Shown piece by piece: positions 48,983-60,300 of a DNA stretch of 64,000 nt. Origin of the DNA: Nanobdellota archaeon (GTDB lineage Archaea; Nanobdellota; Nanobdellia; Pacearchaeales; GW2011-AR1); NCBI GenBank assembly GCA_030647125.1, contig JAUSKC010000013.1:2249-66248 (forward strand), in the 5' to 3' direction. How positions within the stretch are numbered: position 1 is the first letter of the stretch; each line of letters begins with the position of its first letter. The position numbers and the translations under genes were made by a program. The notes beneath the pieces were generated by a model that saw only the letters and a list, made by a program, of their open reading frames with translations, was not told the DNA's origin and made no database searches.

Positions 48983-49035
48983 AAAAACAAAAAGCAGAAA
49001 TGGTTTTTATTAATTGTTATTATCAATTATATTAA

Positions 49036-49449
49036 TTATTCTCCAATAATCTTAATCAAAACTCTTTTTTTCCTTTGCCCGTCAAACTCCCCATAGAAAA
49101 TCTGTTCCCACGGCCCGAAATCCAATTTTCCTTTTGTAATCGCGCACGTAACTTCCCTTCCCATAACCGTTCTCCATAAATGCGAATAAGCATTATTTTC
49201 TCCAGTTAAATTATGATTATACTTTCCGTCGACAGGCGCAAGCTTTTCAAGCCATTCTATAAAATCTTTTTTTAATCCTTTTTCTTCATCGTTTATAAAA
49301 ACCGACGACGTTATATGCATTGTATTAACAAGAACAATTCCTTCGCTTATTCCTGAGCTCCAAATCGCTTCCTGAACTTCCGCAGTTATATTGACAAACT
49401 CGTGCTTCTTCTTAGTTTCTAAAGTAAGGTAGCGAGTGTATGATCTCAT
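49036..49449 (-). CDS. YjbQ/UPF0047-family protein
   Basis: Conserved [16 protein letters not shown] and downstream His-containing segment. Confidence 0.75.
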   Translation of the reverse strand: MRSYTRYLTLETKKKHEFVNITAEVQEAIWSSGISEGIVLVNTMHITSSVFINDEEKGLKKDFIEWLEKLAPVDGKYNHNLTGENNAYSHLWRTVMGREVTCAITKGKLDFGPWEQIFYGEFDGQRKKRVLIKIIGE

Positions 49450-49450
49450 A

Positions 49451-49523
49451 AGCGTAGACCCGGAATTGAACCGGGGGATATTCGGGCTGCAACCGAACGC
49501 GTTAACCTCTTCGCCATCTACGC
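49451..49523 (-). tRNA. tRNA-Cys(GCA)
   Basis: Minus-strand cloverleaf: acceptor GCGTAGA/TCTACGC, anticodon stem TTCGG/CCGAA, loop TTGCAGC, T-arm CCCGG-TTCAATT-CCGGG. Confidence 0.8.
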
Positions 49524-49668
49524 ATTTATGATTTTCCTAAATCCAACTCTTATTTAAAGATATTGATGAACTTAATAGAAACATTTTAAATAGATATTTT
49601 TAATTGATATTCTATGCCCTGATTCGGCCAAGCATGGACGAAGCAGGGTGAACGAATGAAATTCGTAA

Positions 49669-49743
<75 letters not shown>

Positions 49744-49751
49744 TACTTAAA

Positions 49752-50651
49752 TCAAACCTTAACTTCCATTAAATCTCGCGCAAGCTCAGAATTTTTAAAT
49801 TTCTTTCGCGCTTCTTCCAGAATAATTTTTGGGTTATTATAACGAGGACTCAAGTGAGTCAAATAAACTTTCCCGACTTGCGCCTTCTTGGCAATTTCTG
49901 CAACTTGCGAAGCAGTCATATGCTTTTTTTCTTCAGCATGATCTTTCAATTCATCAGAAAAACTCGTTTCAATAATTAGGACGTCCGCCTCTTTAACAAA
50001 TGGAACAATTTTTGCATTTATCTTTGTATCCATAACTATAGAAACTTTCTTTCCTTTTTCCAAGTAGGTTAGCTCCTTGAATTTTAACTTCTTCCCGTCA
50101 ACGAGAGCATCTTTTCCTTCTTTTAATTTTTGCAAATGCGGCCCGGCCATAATTTTTAATTTTCCTAATTTATTCTTATCAATCCTTCTTTGCCCTTTCA
50201 AAACAAAATTGTATGCATTGCAAGGCGGCCCGTGCTCCATCCTTCTTGACTCTATGAAAAATTCTTTTTCATCAAGTGCAACACCATCTTTAACTTCATG
50301 AATTTCAAGGTCTATATTCTCAGCAAAAACAAAAACCTCAAACATTTTTTTAATAAAATTCTTAGTTCCTTCCGGTCCGTAAATTTCTAATTTTTTATTA
50401 TACCCAGACGAAGCCAATGTTTGTATCAAACCAGGCAAACCGAGAACATGATCTCCATGCCAATGACTTATGAAAATTTTATCAACCTTCCCTGGATTCA
50501 AATTAGCATATCTAAATTGTCTTTGTGTTCCCTCGCCGCAATCAAATAAAAACCCGTTTCCATCATACTCCAAAAACGTCGCAGGGGTATTTCTTGCTTT
50601 CGATGGAATAGAACTTCCCGTACCCAAGAATATTAATTTAATTTCTTTCAT
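49752..50651 (-). CDS. rnz: ribonuclease Z (tRNA 3' endonuclease)
   Basis: MBL motif ISHWHGDHVLGLPG and RNase Z N-terminal FLGTGSSIPS. Confidence 0.85.
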   Translation of the reverse strand: MKEIKLIFLGTGSSIPSKARNTPATFLEYDGNGFLFDCGEGTQRQFRYANLNPGKVDKIFISHWHGDHVLGLPGLIQTLASSGYNKKLEIYGPEGTKNFIKKMFEVFVFAENIDLEIHEVKDGVALDEKEFFIESRRMEHGPPCNAYNFVLKGQRRIDKNKLGKLKIMAGPHLQKLKEGKDALVDGKKLKFKELTYLEKGKKVSIVMDTKINAKIVPFVKEADVLIIETSFSDELKDHAEEKKHMTASQVAEIAKKAQVGKVYLTHLSPRYNNPKIILEEARKKFKNSELARDLMEVKV

Positions 50652-50750
50652 AATTTATAGAAAGAAAATCTATTTTTATAACTTCCCAAAGTTCCGACTA
50701 TCATCAACACGCTAAGAAACATACCCTAGCGAAATAAATGGGAAAAAAGC

Positions 50751-51002
50751 TTACTCTTTCTTTAAAGAAGTTGAAGCGGGGGAAATAAAAATTATCGTGT
50801 CTCCTCTCAAAAAAGTCAGACCGACGCTTCTTTTTATTTCATTGTTTTGCATTTCTTTCGTATTATCCAACACCAAGTTGATGTGGATATCAAAAGCCAA
50901 CAAAGTTCCAACGAACTGCTTGTCGCCTTTCAAATGCACTAAAACTTCTTTACCTTTAGAGTTGTTAAGCAAATCCAAAGGTCTTTCGATTCCGTTAACC
51001 AT
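50751..51002 (-). CDS. Sm-like archaeal protein (LSm)
   Basis: Sm1/Sm2 pattern (VLVHLKGDKQFVGTLLAFDIHINLVLD...RGDTIIFISP). Confidence 0.8.
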   Translation of the reverse strand: MVNGIERPLDLLNNSKGKEVLVHLKGDKQFVGTLLAFDIHINLVLDNTKEMQNNEIKRSVGLTFLRGDTIIFISPASTSLKKE

Positions 51003-51135
51003 AAAGTTGAATTATTTATTTTGTTTTTAAACATTTTGGTCCAAAATAAACCAAAACTTATTTAAACCAACCCTAGCATAAAATCTTACACGAAGTGGGT
51101 TGCAGGATTCATAAAAACCCGTTGGTGATTTTTAC

Positions 51136-51504
51136 ATGACAACACGAAAAGGAAGAAAAATCTCTGGAGGAAAGTACATCCAAAACAGAAAGAAGAAGAA
51201 ATACGAGCTAAAAGGTCAAAAGATAAATGTTAAACTTGGCGACGATAAAAGGAAAAATTATAGAACAATGGGTGGAAATCAAAAAACAAAATTGCTGAGA
51301 GCAAAAACAATTAACGTAAAGGTCTCTGAAAAGCAAATTAAGAAAGCTGAGATTCAGAATGTTCTTGAAACACCTTCAAACAGATTCCTTGCCCGTCAAA
51401 ATATTCTTACAAAAGGTACCATAGTTCTGACAAACCTTGGAAAGGTAAGAATAACAAACCGCCCGACGCAAGACGGTGTTCTTAATGGAACAATAATTTC
51501 ATAA
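51136..51504 (+). CDS. rps8e: ribosomal protein S8e
   Basis: MTTRKGRKISGGKYIQNRKKKKYELKGQ N-terminus typical of S8e. Confidence 0.85.
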   Translation: MTTRKGRKISGGKYIQNRKKKKYELKGQKINVKLGDDKRKNYRTMGGNQKTKLLRAKTINVKVSEKQIKKAEIQNVLETPSNRFLARQNILTKGTIVLTNLGKVRITNRPTQDGVLNGTIIS

Positions 51505-51546
51505 GTAATTCTAAAGGTTTATAAACACGTATATACATATGTATAT

Positions 51547-51789
51547 ATGAGAAAAACAAATAATACTAAAAAGGCAAATAAAAGAATTGAAATAACTAAA
51601 AAAGAAATAAAGATAAATCTGGAAAAATTGCATAAAGATGTTGAAAAAGCATACGATACAATGAGAAAAATTCTTCCTGAAGCAATACTAAAAAACCAGG
51701 AAGTTAGGCCTTTTGGAAACGCAGCGCATATAATTCTGCCGAAAGAATATATAAACAAAAAAGTAACAGTTATAGTTAAGAAGGACTAA
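51547..51789 (+). CDS. AbrB/MazE/SpoVT-like DNA-binding protein
   Basis: C-terminal VRPFGNAAHIILPKEYINKKVTVIV swapped-hairpin pattern; start codon embedded in an 18-nt perfect palindrome. Confidence 0.45.
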   Translation: MRKTNNTKKANKRIEITKKEIKINLEKLHKDVEKAYDTMRKILPEAILKNQEVRPFGNAAHIILPKEYINKKVTVIVKKD

Positions 51790-51851
51790 AATTTCTATAG
51801 AAACCTTTTTAAACCCAACTCCTTTATAAATTTTACGGAAATATATCTAAA

Positions 51852-52784
51852 ATGGCCTTCGTCAAAAAATGTCCTGAATGTGGAAGCATAAATTTAACAC
51901 ACGATTCTCATTTGGGAGAAATTGTCTGTAACGATTGTGGTTTTGTCGTCGAAGATCAAATGGTTGACACAGGTATTGACTTATCTGGAAAATTTGATAA
52001 ATCCGAGAAAAAAGGCCGTTCAGGAGCCCCAATTTCTATGCAAAAATTTGACAAGGGACTGACAACCAATGTCGGAGAAATTTCAGACATTTATCGTTTG
52101 GAACCAGGCCAAACAAGAAAATTCTTGCGTCTTAAGAAATGGCAAGAACGTGTCTCAACTTCTATTGAAAGAAATCTTCGTCTTGCAATGGCTGAATTAA
52201 GAGTCATCGCTTCTTATCTAAACTTACCTAATGTTGTGCGAGACGAAGCAGCAAGAATTTATAATTATGTTCTTCAAAGAGGGCTTGTCCGAGGACGTTC
52301 TATGGAATCAGTAATTGCAGCTTGCTTGTACGCTGCCTGCCGTTCTTATAACATCCCAAGAACTTTGGATGAAATGGCAACTGCATCCGACGTCGAAAGA
52401 AAAGAAATAGGCCGAACTTACAGATTTATAATAAGAAAATTAGGGATAACTGTAAAACAATCCTCTCCAAAGGACTACATCTCACGTTTTTCATCTGTCC
52501 TTAAACTTTCTCCAAAAACACAAAACGATGCATTAAAGGTCTTGAGGGACGCTGAAGAAGTTGAACTTACTTCAGGACGTGGCCCTGCAGGAATAGCAGC
52601 TGCAGCTTTATACGTTGCTGCATTAATGAACGATGAAAAGAAAACACAAAGAGAAGTTGCCGACATTGCAGGAATAACTGAAGTTACAATTCGTAACAGA
52701 TACAAAGAATTAATTGAGCGCTTAAAACTTGAAGATAAAATAAAGCAAAAAGAACGCGAGTTAGAAACAAAGAAAAAGAAATAA
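51852..52784 (+). CDS. tfb: transcription initiation factor TFB (TFIIB)
   Basis: N-terminal Zn ribbon CPECGS...CNDCG, two cyclin-fold repeats. Confidence 0.9.
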   Translation: MAFVKKCPECGSINLTHDSHLGEIVCNDCGFVVEDQMVDTGIDLSGKFDKSEKKGRSGAPISMQKFDKGLTTNVGEISDIYRLEPGQTRKFLRLKKWQERVSTSIERNLRLAMAELRVIASYLNLPNVVRDEAARIYNYVLQRGLVRGRSMESVIAACLYAACRSYNIPRTLDEMATASDVERKEIGRTYRFIIRKLGITVKQSSPKDYISRFSSVLKLSPKTQNDALKVLRDAEEVELTSGRGPAGIAAAALYVAALMNDEKKTQREVADIAGITEVTIRNRYKELIERLKLEDKIKQKERELETKKKK

Positions 52785-52827
52785 CACTAAGTTTTTATAC
52801 TTCTTAAAAGAATTAAATTTAATCTTT

Positions 52828-52907
52828 GCGGCATTCAACGGAGGCAATTAAAAAATGCCGCTGAACAGTGCTTTGAGGAAGTTCGAAAGAAACCAGTGGG
52901 TGTCTTT
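52828..52907 (+). repeat. conserved hairpin-containing element, copy A
   Basis: Hairpin GCGGCATT-(caacggaggcaattaaaa)-AATGCCGC, then ...CAGTGCTTTGAGGAAGTTCGAAAGAAACCAGTGGGTGTCTTT; 42/44-nt identical to copy B. Confidence 0.6.
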
Positions 52908-52910
52908 CAT

Positions 52911-52994
52911 GCGGGTGTGCCGGAGCGGTCAAACGGGCTGGATTTAGGCTCCAGTAGCTTAGTGCTTGCGCAGGTTCGATTCCTGTCATCCGCA
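52911..52994 (+). tRNA. tRNA-Leu(TAG)
   Basis: 84 nt with long variable arm; acceptor GCGGGTG/CATCCGC, anticodon stem CTGGA/TCCAG, loop TTTAGGC, T-loop TTCGATT. Confidence 0.8.
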
Positions 52995-53059
52995 CTTGTT
53001 TTAACTAATTAATGACTACAGTAATAAACTTTATAAATAAAGAATGAGATAGAAAACAA

Positions 53060-54382
53060 ATGATATTCAAAAGAAAAACCAAAACAAGAAATTATTTTTT
53101 CCCAAAAAAAATGAGTGGCATAAAAAAAGCAGCTATAGGGGCATTGGCTCTTGGAGCAACAGGATTAGGATTATGGATTTATAGTATAAATTCAGATTTC
53201 GAAAAACATTTCGGAAACCATCAAAGCATACAAAGAATAGATTACTCTTCACAAATTCCCTCTTCTCTTAAAGGATTAAATTTTCCTCAAAAATACGACG
53301 CATTAACTTCACACTCACAAGAAAAAACAACATCACACTCTCTTGAACAAAAAGTTGCACTAGCAAAACCAACTCCAACTTATACTCCAATACCAGAGCC
53401 AACAACAACGCCTAAGACAGAACCAACTCTTAAATATATTATATTAAAAACAGCAAATAAAAGCCTTACATCACCTTCAATACCTCCAGTAGTTTTACCG
53501 ACGCCAAAACCGACAGTAACTCCTACTCCAACACCAATGGCAACTCCTATTCCAACTTATACTCCCACTCCTAGAGCTACACCAACGCCAAGTCTTACAC
53601 CAATTCCAACACCAACGCCAACACCTATTCCTTCAAAAGAAAAAACAAATGGGCCTTCAATTTACACAGTTGCCCTAGCAAATATTGCAGCGGTAAAGGA
53701 ATTAGCACAAAGAGGAAATGAAAGAGTAAAAGAAACATTCTCTTATCTAGGAAAAAAACTAAAAGAAACAGAAGATAACAGGTATAACATAAACAGAAAA
53801 GACATAAGATTATCTACTGAAACAACAAATAGTGTTATTGTAGGAGAACCTAACAGAGTAATGGGAACTCCTTATTTCTATCAATCTATAGGAGAAAATG
53901 GAGTTTCAGTCAATGGAAAGAAAGTTGAAAAAGGATTAGAATTTTTAGCAAGAGAATATGATGAAAATCTTGAAATAATTAGAAATGGGAAAGATATTGA
54001 CTTTGATAGTCCAAGGAAACTTGTTTACGTTCCAATATCAAAAGATGAAAAGGGAATTTGGCATGTCGATTATGACTCTCAATTAGAAGAACATGATATT
54101 TATACTGCAAGACCAATAACTGATAAAGATGTAAAAGATTTTATAGTAATTCCAAAACACGAAAATGATTTGTTAACAGATAAAGATGCAAAGCCAAAAG
54201 AAAAATCATTTTATCTATTTGCAAACGGAACAAGAATTAGCATTCCTGAAATAAAAAGCCCGTCGGGAAATGATTACATCCCACAACATATCTTAATTCC
54301 TAAACCTGCAAAAGAGGTCTATCAGCCAGCAACAGGAAAAATAGGAAAAAGAGGAAATGTCTACATTCCTGTATTACAATAA
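53060..54382 (+). CDS. membrane-anchored secreted protein with Pro/Thr-rich linker
   Basis: N-terminal TM (AAIGALALGATGLGLWIY), ~90-aa PT linker (PTPTYTPIPEPTTTPKTEPT...), ~250-aa C-terminal globular region. Confidence 0.5.
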   Translation: MIFKRKTKTRNYFFPKKMSGIKKAAIGALALGATGLGLWIYSINSDFEKHFGNHQSIQRIDYSSQIPSSLKGLNFPQKYDALTSHSQEKTTSHSLEQKVALAKPTPTYTPIPEPTTTPKTEPTLKYIILKTANKSLTSPSIPPVVLPTPKPTVTPTPTPMATPIPTYTPTPRATPTPSLTPIPTPTPTPIPSKEKTNGPSIYTVALANIAAVKELAQRGNERVKETFSYLGKKLKETEDNRYNINRKDIRLSTETTNSVIVGEPNRVMGTPYFYQSIGENGVSVNGKKVEKGLEFLAREYDENLEIIRNGKDIDFDSPRKLVYVPISKDEKGIWHVDYDSQLEEHDIYTARPITDKDVKDFIVIPKHENDLLTDKDAKPKEKSFYLFANGTRISIPEIKSPSGNDYIPQHILIPKPAKEVYQPATGKIGKRGNVYIPVLQ

Positions 54383-54390
54383 CTAAGCCA

Positions 54391-57300
54391 CTAAACTATT
54401 TGGGTAACCGAATTCGTTGCACTAGAACTATACTCATTATAATACTTAATAACATTAGGGACATGAGTACTTTTTGCACGGATTAACTTTTCTTCCTTAA
54501 CCTTCCCATTTAAATTTTGTACACATTGATCATAATTAATAAAAGTTCCACCAACTTTACAATTACTAACAACAACAGAAGGACCGACATTGTAAGCTAA
54601 AGCCAAAATTCTTGGATTAGTTATTTGATAATTACTCCTTAAACAAGAAACATAACAAGTTCCAACTAAAATATTTCTCCTGTTAGCAATTCCATTAATA
54701 TCAGTCGTACTAGCAAATTGTGAAAGCAATTGCGCTCTGCTCGTAGACAAAGTAGAATAACCTATATTACTCAAATCAGCCGAACATGAAGGAACACAAA
54801 TCCCATCGATAGAATGAGTATTAAGATTAACAAAATCACTTAACATGCCATCTTCTTTTGCAGGAGTCAACTGCATTAAACCGATATCAGGAGTGCTTGC
54901 TGGATTCCAATCACTCTCTTGTGTTATTAAGGCCCTCACAAAATTTGCATTAACATTATATTTACCAGTTACTTCAATAACATAACTTGTCAAAGCGCTT
55001 TCAACATCACTATTGCTCGTAGAAATACGAACATTCTGACTATCAGAACTTAAAACATCATAATTTAAATTAATGCTATCAAAACTTGAAGTAGTTGCAG
55101 TTACTCCTCCACTAGTTCCTGTTTCAGTCGTCGTTCCGCTCGTCTGCGAATTAACAATCATATCAACAACTCCAAGCAAATCAGAATTTGTAACACTTGA
55201 ACTAAAAGTATTAGAAGTAACAGGAATATCTTTCAAATTCTCCCCATCATCAACTTTCCAGACCCCATCATAATAAAAATGATAACTTGTTGAACCGGAA
55301 GTCGCGCTAAAATAAAAGTCCCCTATGCCCAAACTTTGCGAACTTACAATTATATTTGCAATAGATTGTTTATTTTCATTAGTTAAACCAACAAAAGGAT
55401 CAGAAAATGTTCCACTTCCCGTAGTCGACACACCGCCGCCAACTTGATTTGTACTTAGTATGGTCTGTTGTGAAATAGCTTTATTATTTTCATCCTCAAA
55501 ATCCTGCGTCGCCAAAATTCCATAAGCTACTGCTCTCAAGAACAATATCTGTACCTTATTTGTATCCAACAACGATTGAGAAATTAAATTCTCAGTAATG
55601 TAACTTATTTTTTCAGCCGGACTCATTGCATTAATTTTATTCAATTCCATGTTTATATCAAATGAACTCGTCTGACCCAAAGCATTTATAACACTCGAAG
55701 ATAAACCTTGCAATGTATCGTTCTCAATTCCTATTCCTTTAATTGCTTGCTTAACGCTTTGCGTATCAATATAACAATTTAATCCTGCCGTCCCGCAACT
55801 TCCAACTTGAACCCAACGAGCATTTGCCCCTCCATCCAAAGGATCAGTTCCTTTTCCTGGGCTTGAAGTAGAACACACACGAACAATTCCTTGATTGTAC
55901 AATTGCGGATTCAAAACTTGATTCGCGCCTTCTTGAACATTTGGCTGAACTAAACTATAAACACTCGGCGTTCCTGAAACACACTCTTGTTCAGTTTTTA
56001 CTGTCTGCGTCGCTTGCTCTTTCAAATACTGATCATTCAAATAATTCAAAGCAAATGAAGTTGTAACTTTTTGGAAGCCGCAATCATCTTTTCCGTTGAC
56101 AGAAATACACATCTGTTGATATCCTGTCGGAGCAAGAATATCTTTTGTTTCTGATGCCGAGCCGCCACGTTTAATATAACCAGAATCAACAACTAAAAGT
56201 TGATTTGTCTGGTAATAAGAGCTTCCAACTGGCGCCTTCAAGTAAACTTGGAAATAAGCACCTTGATCATTTCCAGAATAAATATGATAAAAGACCTTAT
56301 ACTGCGAAGTTGAAGGCACTGTAGCCGTTGTGTAAGGAATTTCGCTGAACCATCCTTGATATTGATTTGGTGAATCAGGAGCAAGCAAGTTATCTAAGAA
56401 TTTTCCACTATTAGGGTAATTTGCCGACGCGAACGCCTTACAAACTGTGCTTCCAACTTCATTTGTCGACCTAGCTTGGAACGCCTTATACGATTGAGCT
56501 CCATAATAATTAACCATATAATCAATTGAATTCTGCGCATTTGTCCAAGCACTTTGAATTCCTAAATATTCTCCACCGCCATGCGACGTCTTTCCTGAAA
56601 CAACTTCCAAAAGTTTCGGAACTAAAAGATTTGCAACTGGAATTGATTGTCTCCACAAAAATTCACACATATAAATACTATTAATCTCGTCACAAATTCC
56701 AACAGTTCTCCCAGTATCTAAATTATCTTGCAAACACATTTGATAATCTTTCATTACAGAAATTAAATCATCAACTCCTGCTTTAACTCCAGTTAAACAA
56801 ATAGGAACTTTAACTTCCGGGAAATTAGGCAAGCAAAGAGCGACACTTCCTATAATTCCGGATTGAATAACATTATCAACATGGTACGAACCACCTAAAT
56901 CACATCTTGAAGATGGACAAATTACCGGGTCGCAAACATTAAATAATAAATTACAATTTGCAGGACTCATGAAATCAGTGCATTCAATATCCGGAACATT
57001 TGTAGCTGGATTTCCAACTTTAATTGTCTGTCCGTTAATAACAACTTGAGTTACTCCTGCCTTGTATTGTCTGCTAGCTTGAGTAATTGCATTTATCGCT
57101 TGCCTTACTAAACTTTGAGTTTGCCCTTCAGTAAGCCCTGGGAAAGATCCGTAAATCGCTCCAGTTCCAGGATTAAATTCTGTGCAAGTGTCATCGCCAA
57201 ATCCTGAATCAGCTTGTGCTCTCCCATTAGCACCAACATTACAAAGCAAGAAACTTGCAGGAGCTCCTGATTGATCATACGTCGCTGTAGCTCCTCCAAC

Positions 57301-60300
57301 ACCAGCAATGTTAGCCAAAGCGCCAGGCAAAGTCTGTTTAGTATAAGTATACCACCCATTGCTCAAATCAAATGGAACTTGTGCAGGCATTCCTTTGTAA
57401 GGTGCTGTTTCAAAATACTTTACTTGTGCATCAATAAATTTATTATTATAACTTGAACTATCATACTTTACAAAAACAGGATATCTTGATTTCACAAGCT
57501 TAGTATTTTCATCGCTTGCAGCTCCGCCAGCTAAATCATAAACATTATCTGGAACATAATTTCCATTCCCAGCATCCTTCAAACTGACAATATATTCTCC
57601 ACTACTTACAATGGCTCCTGCAACAGGCGTTCCAGAAATTATTCCATAACTATTCGCTCCTGCAACTGCTCCATTATAAACTCCTGGCTTCAAATCTTTA
57701 TCCACAAAAACATTAAAGTTAAGTCCGTTTATTCCTTTGCCCGCAGCTTCACTTACACTATTTGTTATCTTTGTATATGTCTCGCTTCGTGTCTGAATTG
57801 TTTTTAACGTCGAATACAAATTCGCTTTGGCAATTTGTTCTAATTCAGGACTAGGATTGTTTGCCAAAACCGCATTCCACGTCGATATATCTCGAGCTTC
57901 GCTTAACTGAACTTGCCCATCACTATACCCTTTTTGTGTAAAAACACTTTTTACTTCGGCAACATCAATATTATTATTTTGATTATTAGGATCTGTAATA
58001 ACTGCAGGCAAACCACTTGCAATTTGTTGTAATTGTGTTCCTGCATTGCTGTCAGTTACAGGATTTTTACTATACTCTGTAATAATTTGGCTTAATTTAT
58101 CAACATCAGTATTTATCTCGTCATTATTTTCAAGCAGACACGTGCTTACACTAGAATATTTTTTCTGGCTGAATAATTGTTGACATTTAGAATTCCATCC
58201 TCCAGGCCCAGTCATCACGTTTTGTCTAGCAATTGCTTTTCCTCCAGTATTGCTTATGAAATTTGAAACTGTCAAGAAAGCCCCCGTCGTCAAACACGCT
58301 GCCTTAAACCCTGTAACAACTGTTCCAAGATTCTTAGAAATTCCTTCCCATTTGGCAATGCTTTGATTCAAATTATTAATTTTAGATTGAATCTGATCCG
58401 GCGCAAGTTGAATTGCCCGCTTTTCAATTCCAAGTTTAAAACTAAAATTCGCTTGTGAATTAACATTATTTATTTCAGGAATTAAAGATACCTTTGCAAC
58501 TTTATGCAGATTAATTCCTGTTAAAATAATTGTTTTATCCCCAACAGCAACGGCTTTGTTCTTTTGAAGAATAAGATTCTGATTAGACGCAAATCCTGCT
58601 TTATCATCTTTTATAGTTGAAACAGCCTTAACACTTACAGTCGCCGTATTATCATCTAAATTAACTAACTGAATAAATTCGCCGCTGGAAGAATCTTCAT
58701 GCTTTTGTTCCTTTCCAAGTTGCACACTTTCACTCCCAAACAATATATTCGCGCTGTAATCATTCGGCGACGGCTCAACAACATCATTTAATCCAATTGT
58801 CGTAGCAACTCCATTAATCAATAATGTTTTTGAACTTGCTGCCCCATTTGACAAAGCTAAAGTGTCTCCGCACTGATTTTGAACTTGAACTAATAAAGGC
58901 GATGTTGAATAAAGTTGCACGAAACGTCCGCAAAGTTCAGTTGCTTTAGAATATTCATGAACTCCAAATGCAAGTTTTATTGCAGCAAACAAAGAACTCT
59001 CTCCATAAGTTACTCCTCCATTATTTACACTTCCATAAGAACTGACTATTCTATTATAATCACTCAATGCCTTAAAAAAATTGCTTCCTTGCTTATTGCT
59101 GAAATCAAATTTATTAACTCCAGTAGAATATCCCACAACTTTTAAATCACTTCCAAAAACACTCGTCGATAATTTAATCTTTGGATCAACTGTCTGCGCC
59201 GCTCCAAAAGGAACAACTTCTCCTCCCAATATACTAAAAGAAGAAATATCTCCTGCTCTAAATTTAGAATTAATTGTATTTGTAATTGTGCTTAAAGTTG
59301 AGGCCTCTAAATTTGAATTTGTTGTCTCATAAAGATAAACATACAAATCACCTGTGTTCATAGAATCAAGATTTGGTTTTCCACTAGCATCCTTTGAATA
59401 AGAACCAGTATAAACTAAATATGCATTCTGGCCATTTATAGAATGAACTAACTCGCCAACATTCTTCACAATAGGATTGCCCCCTACATCAAGTTTCACC
59501 GACGGACTTGTTATCAAATCAAAACTCTGACTTCCACTATCAGTTGTACATCTTACACTTACTCTCTTATTCAACCCTTGTTTTAGGACATTATAGGCCT
59601 GGCATCTATTTTCTGCAAAACTTTGTCCTTCTGACAAATCAAATACATTTCCATTGATTTCTACTTTTGCAATTGTGCCCGGATTTTGTATATCATCTAA
59701 ATGAACTCTCATATAAGCATTACAATAAAATCCTGGAATTGCAATCTGGCCAGAACTTGCTCCCTTTTGCAAAGTCACACTATAAGTTCTTTGTGTCTTA
59801 TCAGCATAAACAGAAATTGTCGCGTCGTTATTTGTAACATCATTCACTCTCAAATATCCTCTCCCATTCCAAAATCCATACCCAACAAAATTATTATTCC
59901 AATCACTTTCACTTAAAACCGGAAGAACGTATTGTGATTGACCTATGCCAAACGCTTTTTGAATATCATAACGAATCGTCGCTGTCAAGTTTCCTTCGAC
60001 AAAATCTGGCATTGCAGATTCATTTTGTTGTTGTTTCAAAACAATAACTGCATAACCAACATTGCTCAAAACAGGAGAATTTAATAAAGTCCCGCTTGAA
60101 TACGACAAAGCAGCCCTTGCAGGATAAAATCCTATTCCTGAAATAGCAGCCGGCCTTTGTGTTCCTGAAGAAAAACCAATATCCATATGCTCAATTGCCT
60201 TAACGTCAATTAATGGATTTATTTTAGTTGCAACTATCGGACAAAAAACAGGAACATTTTCTTCTTCTAGCAAATCGCTTCTTACCACCATTGGTGTACA

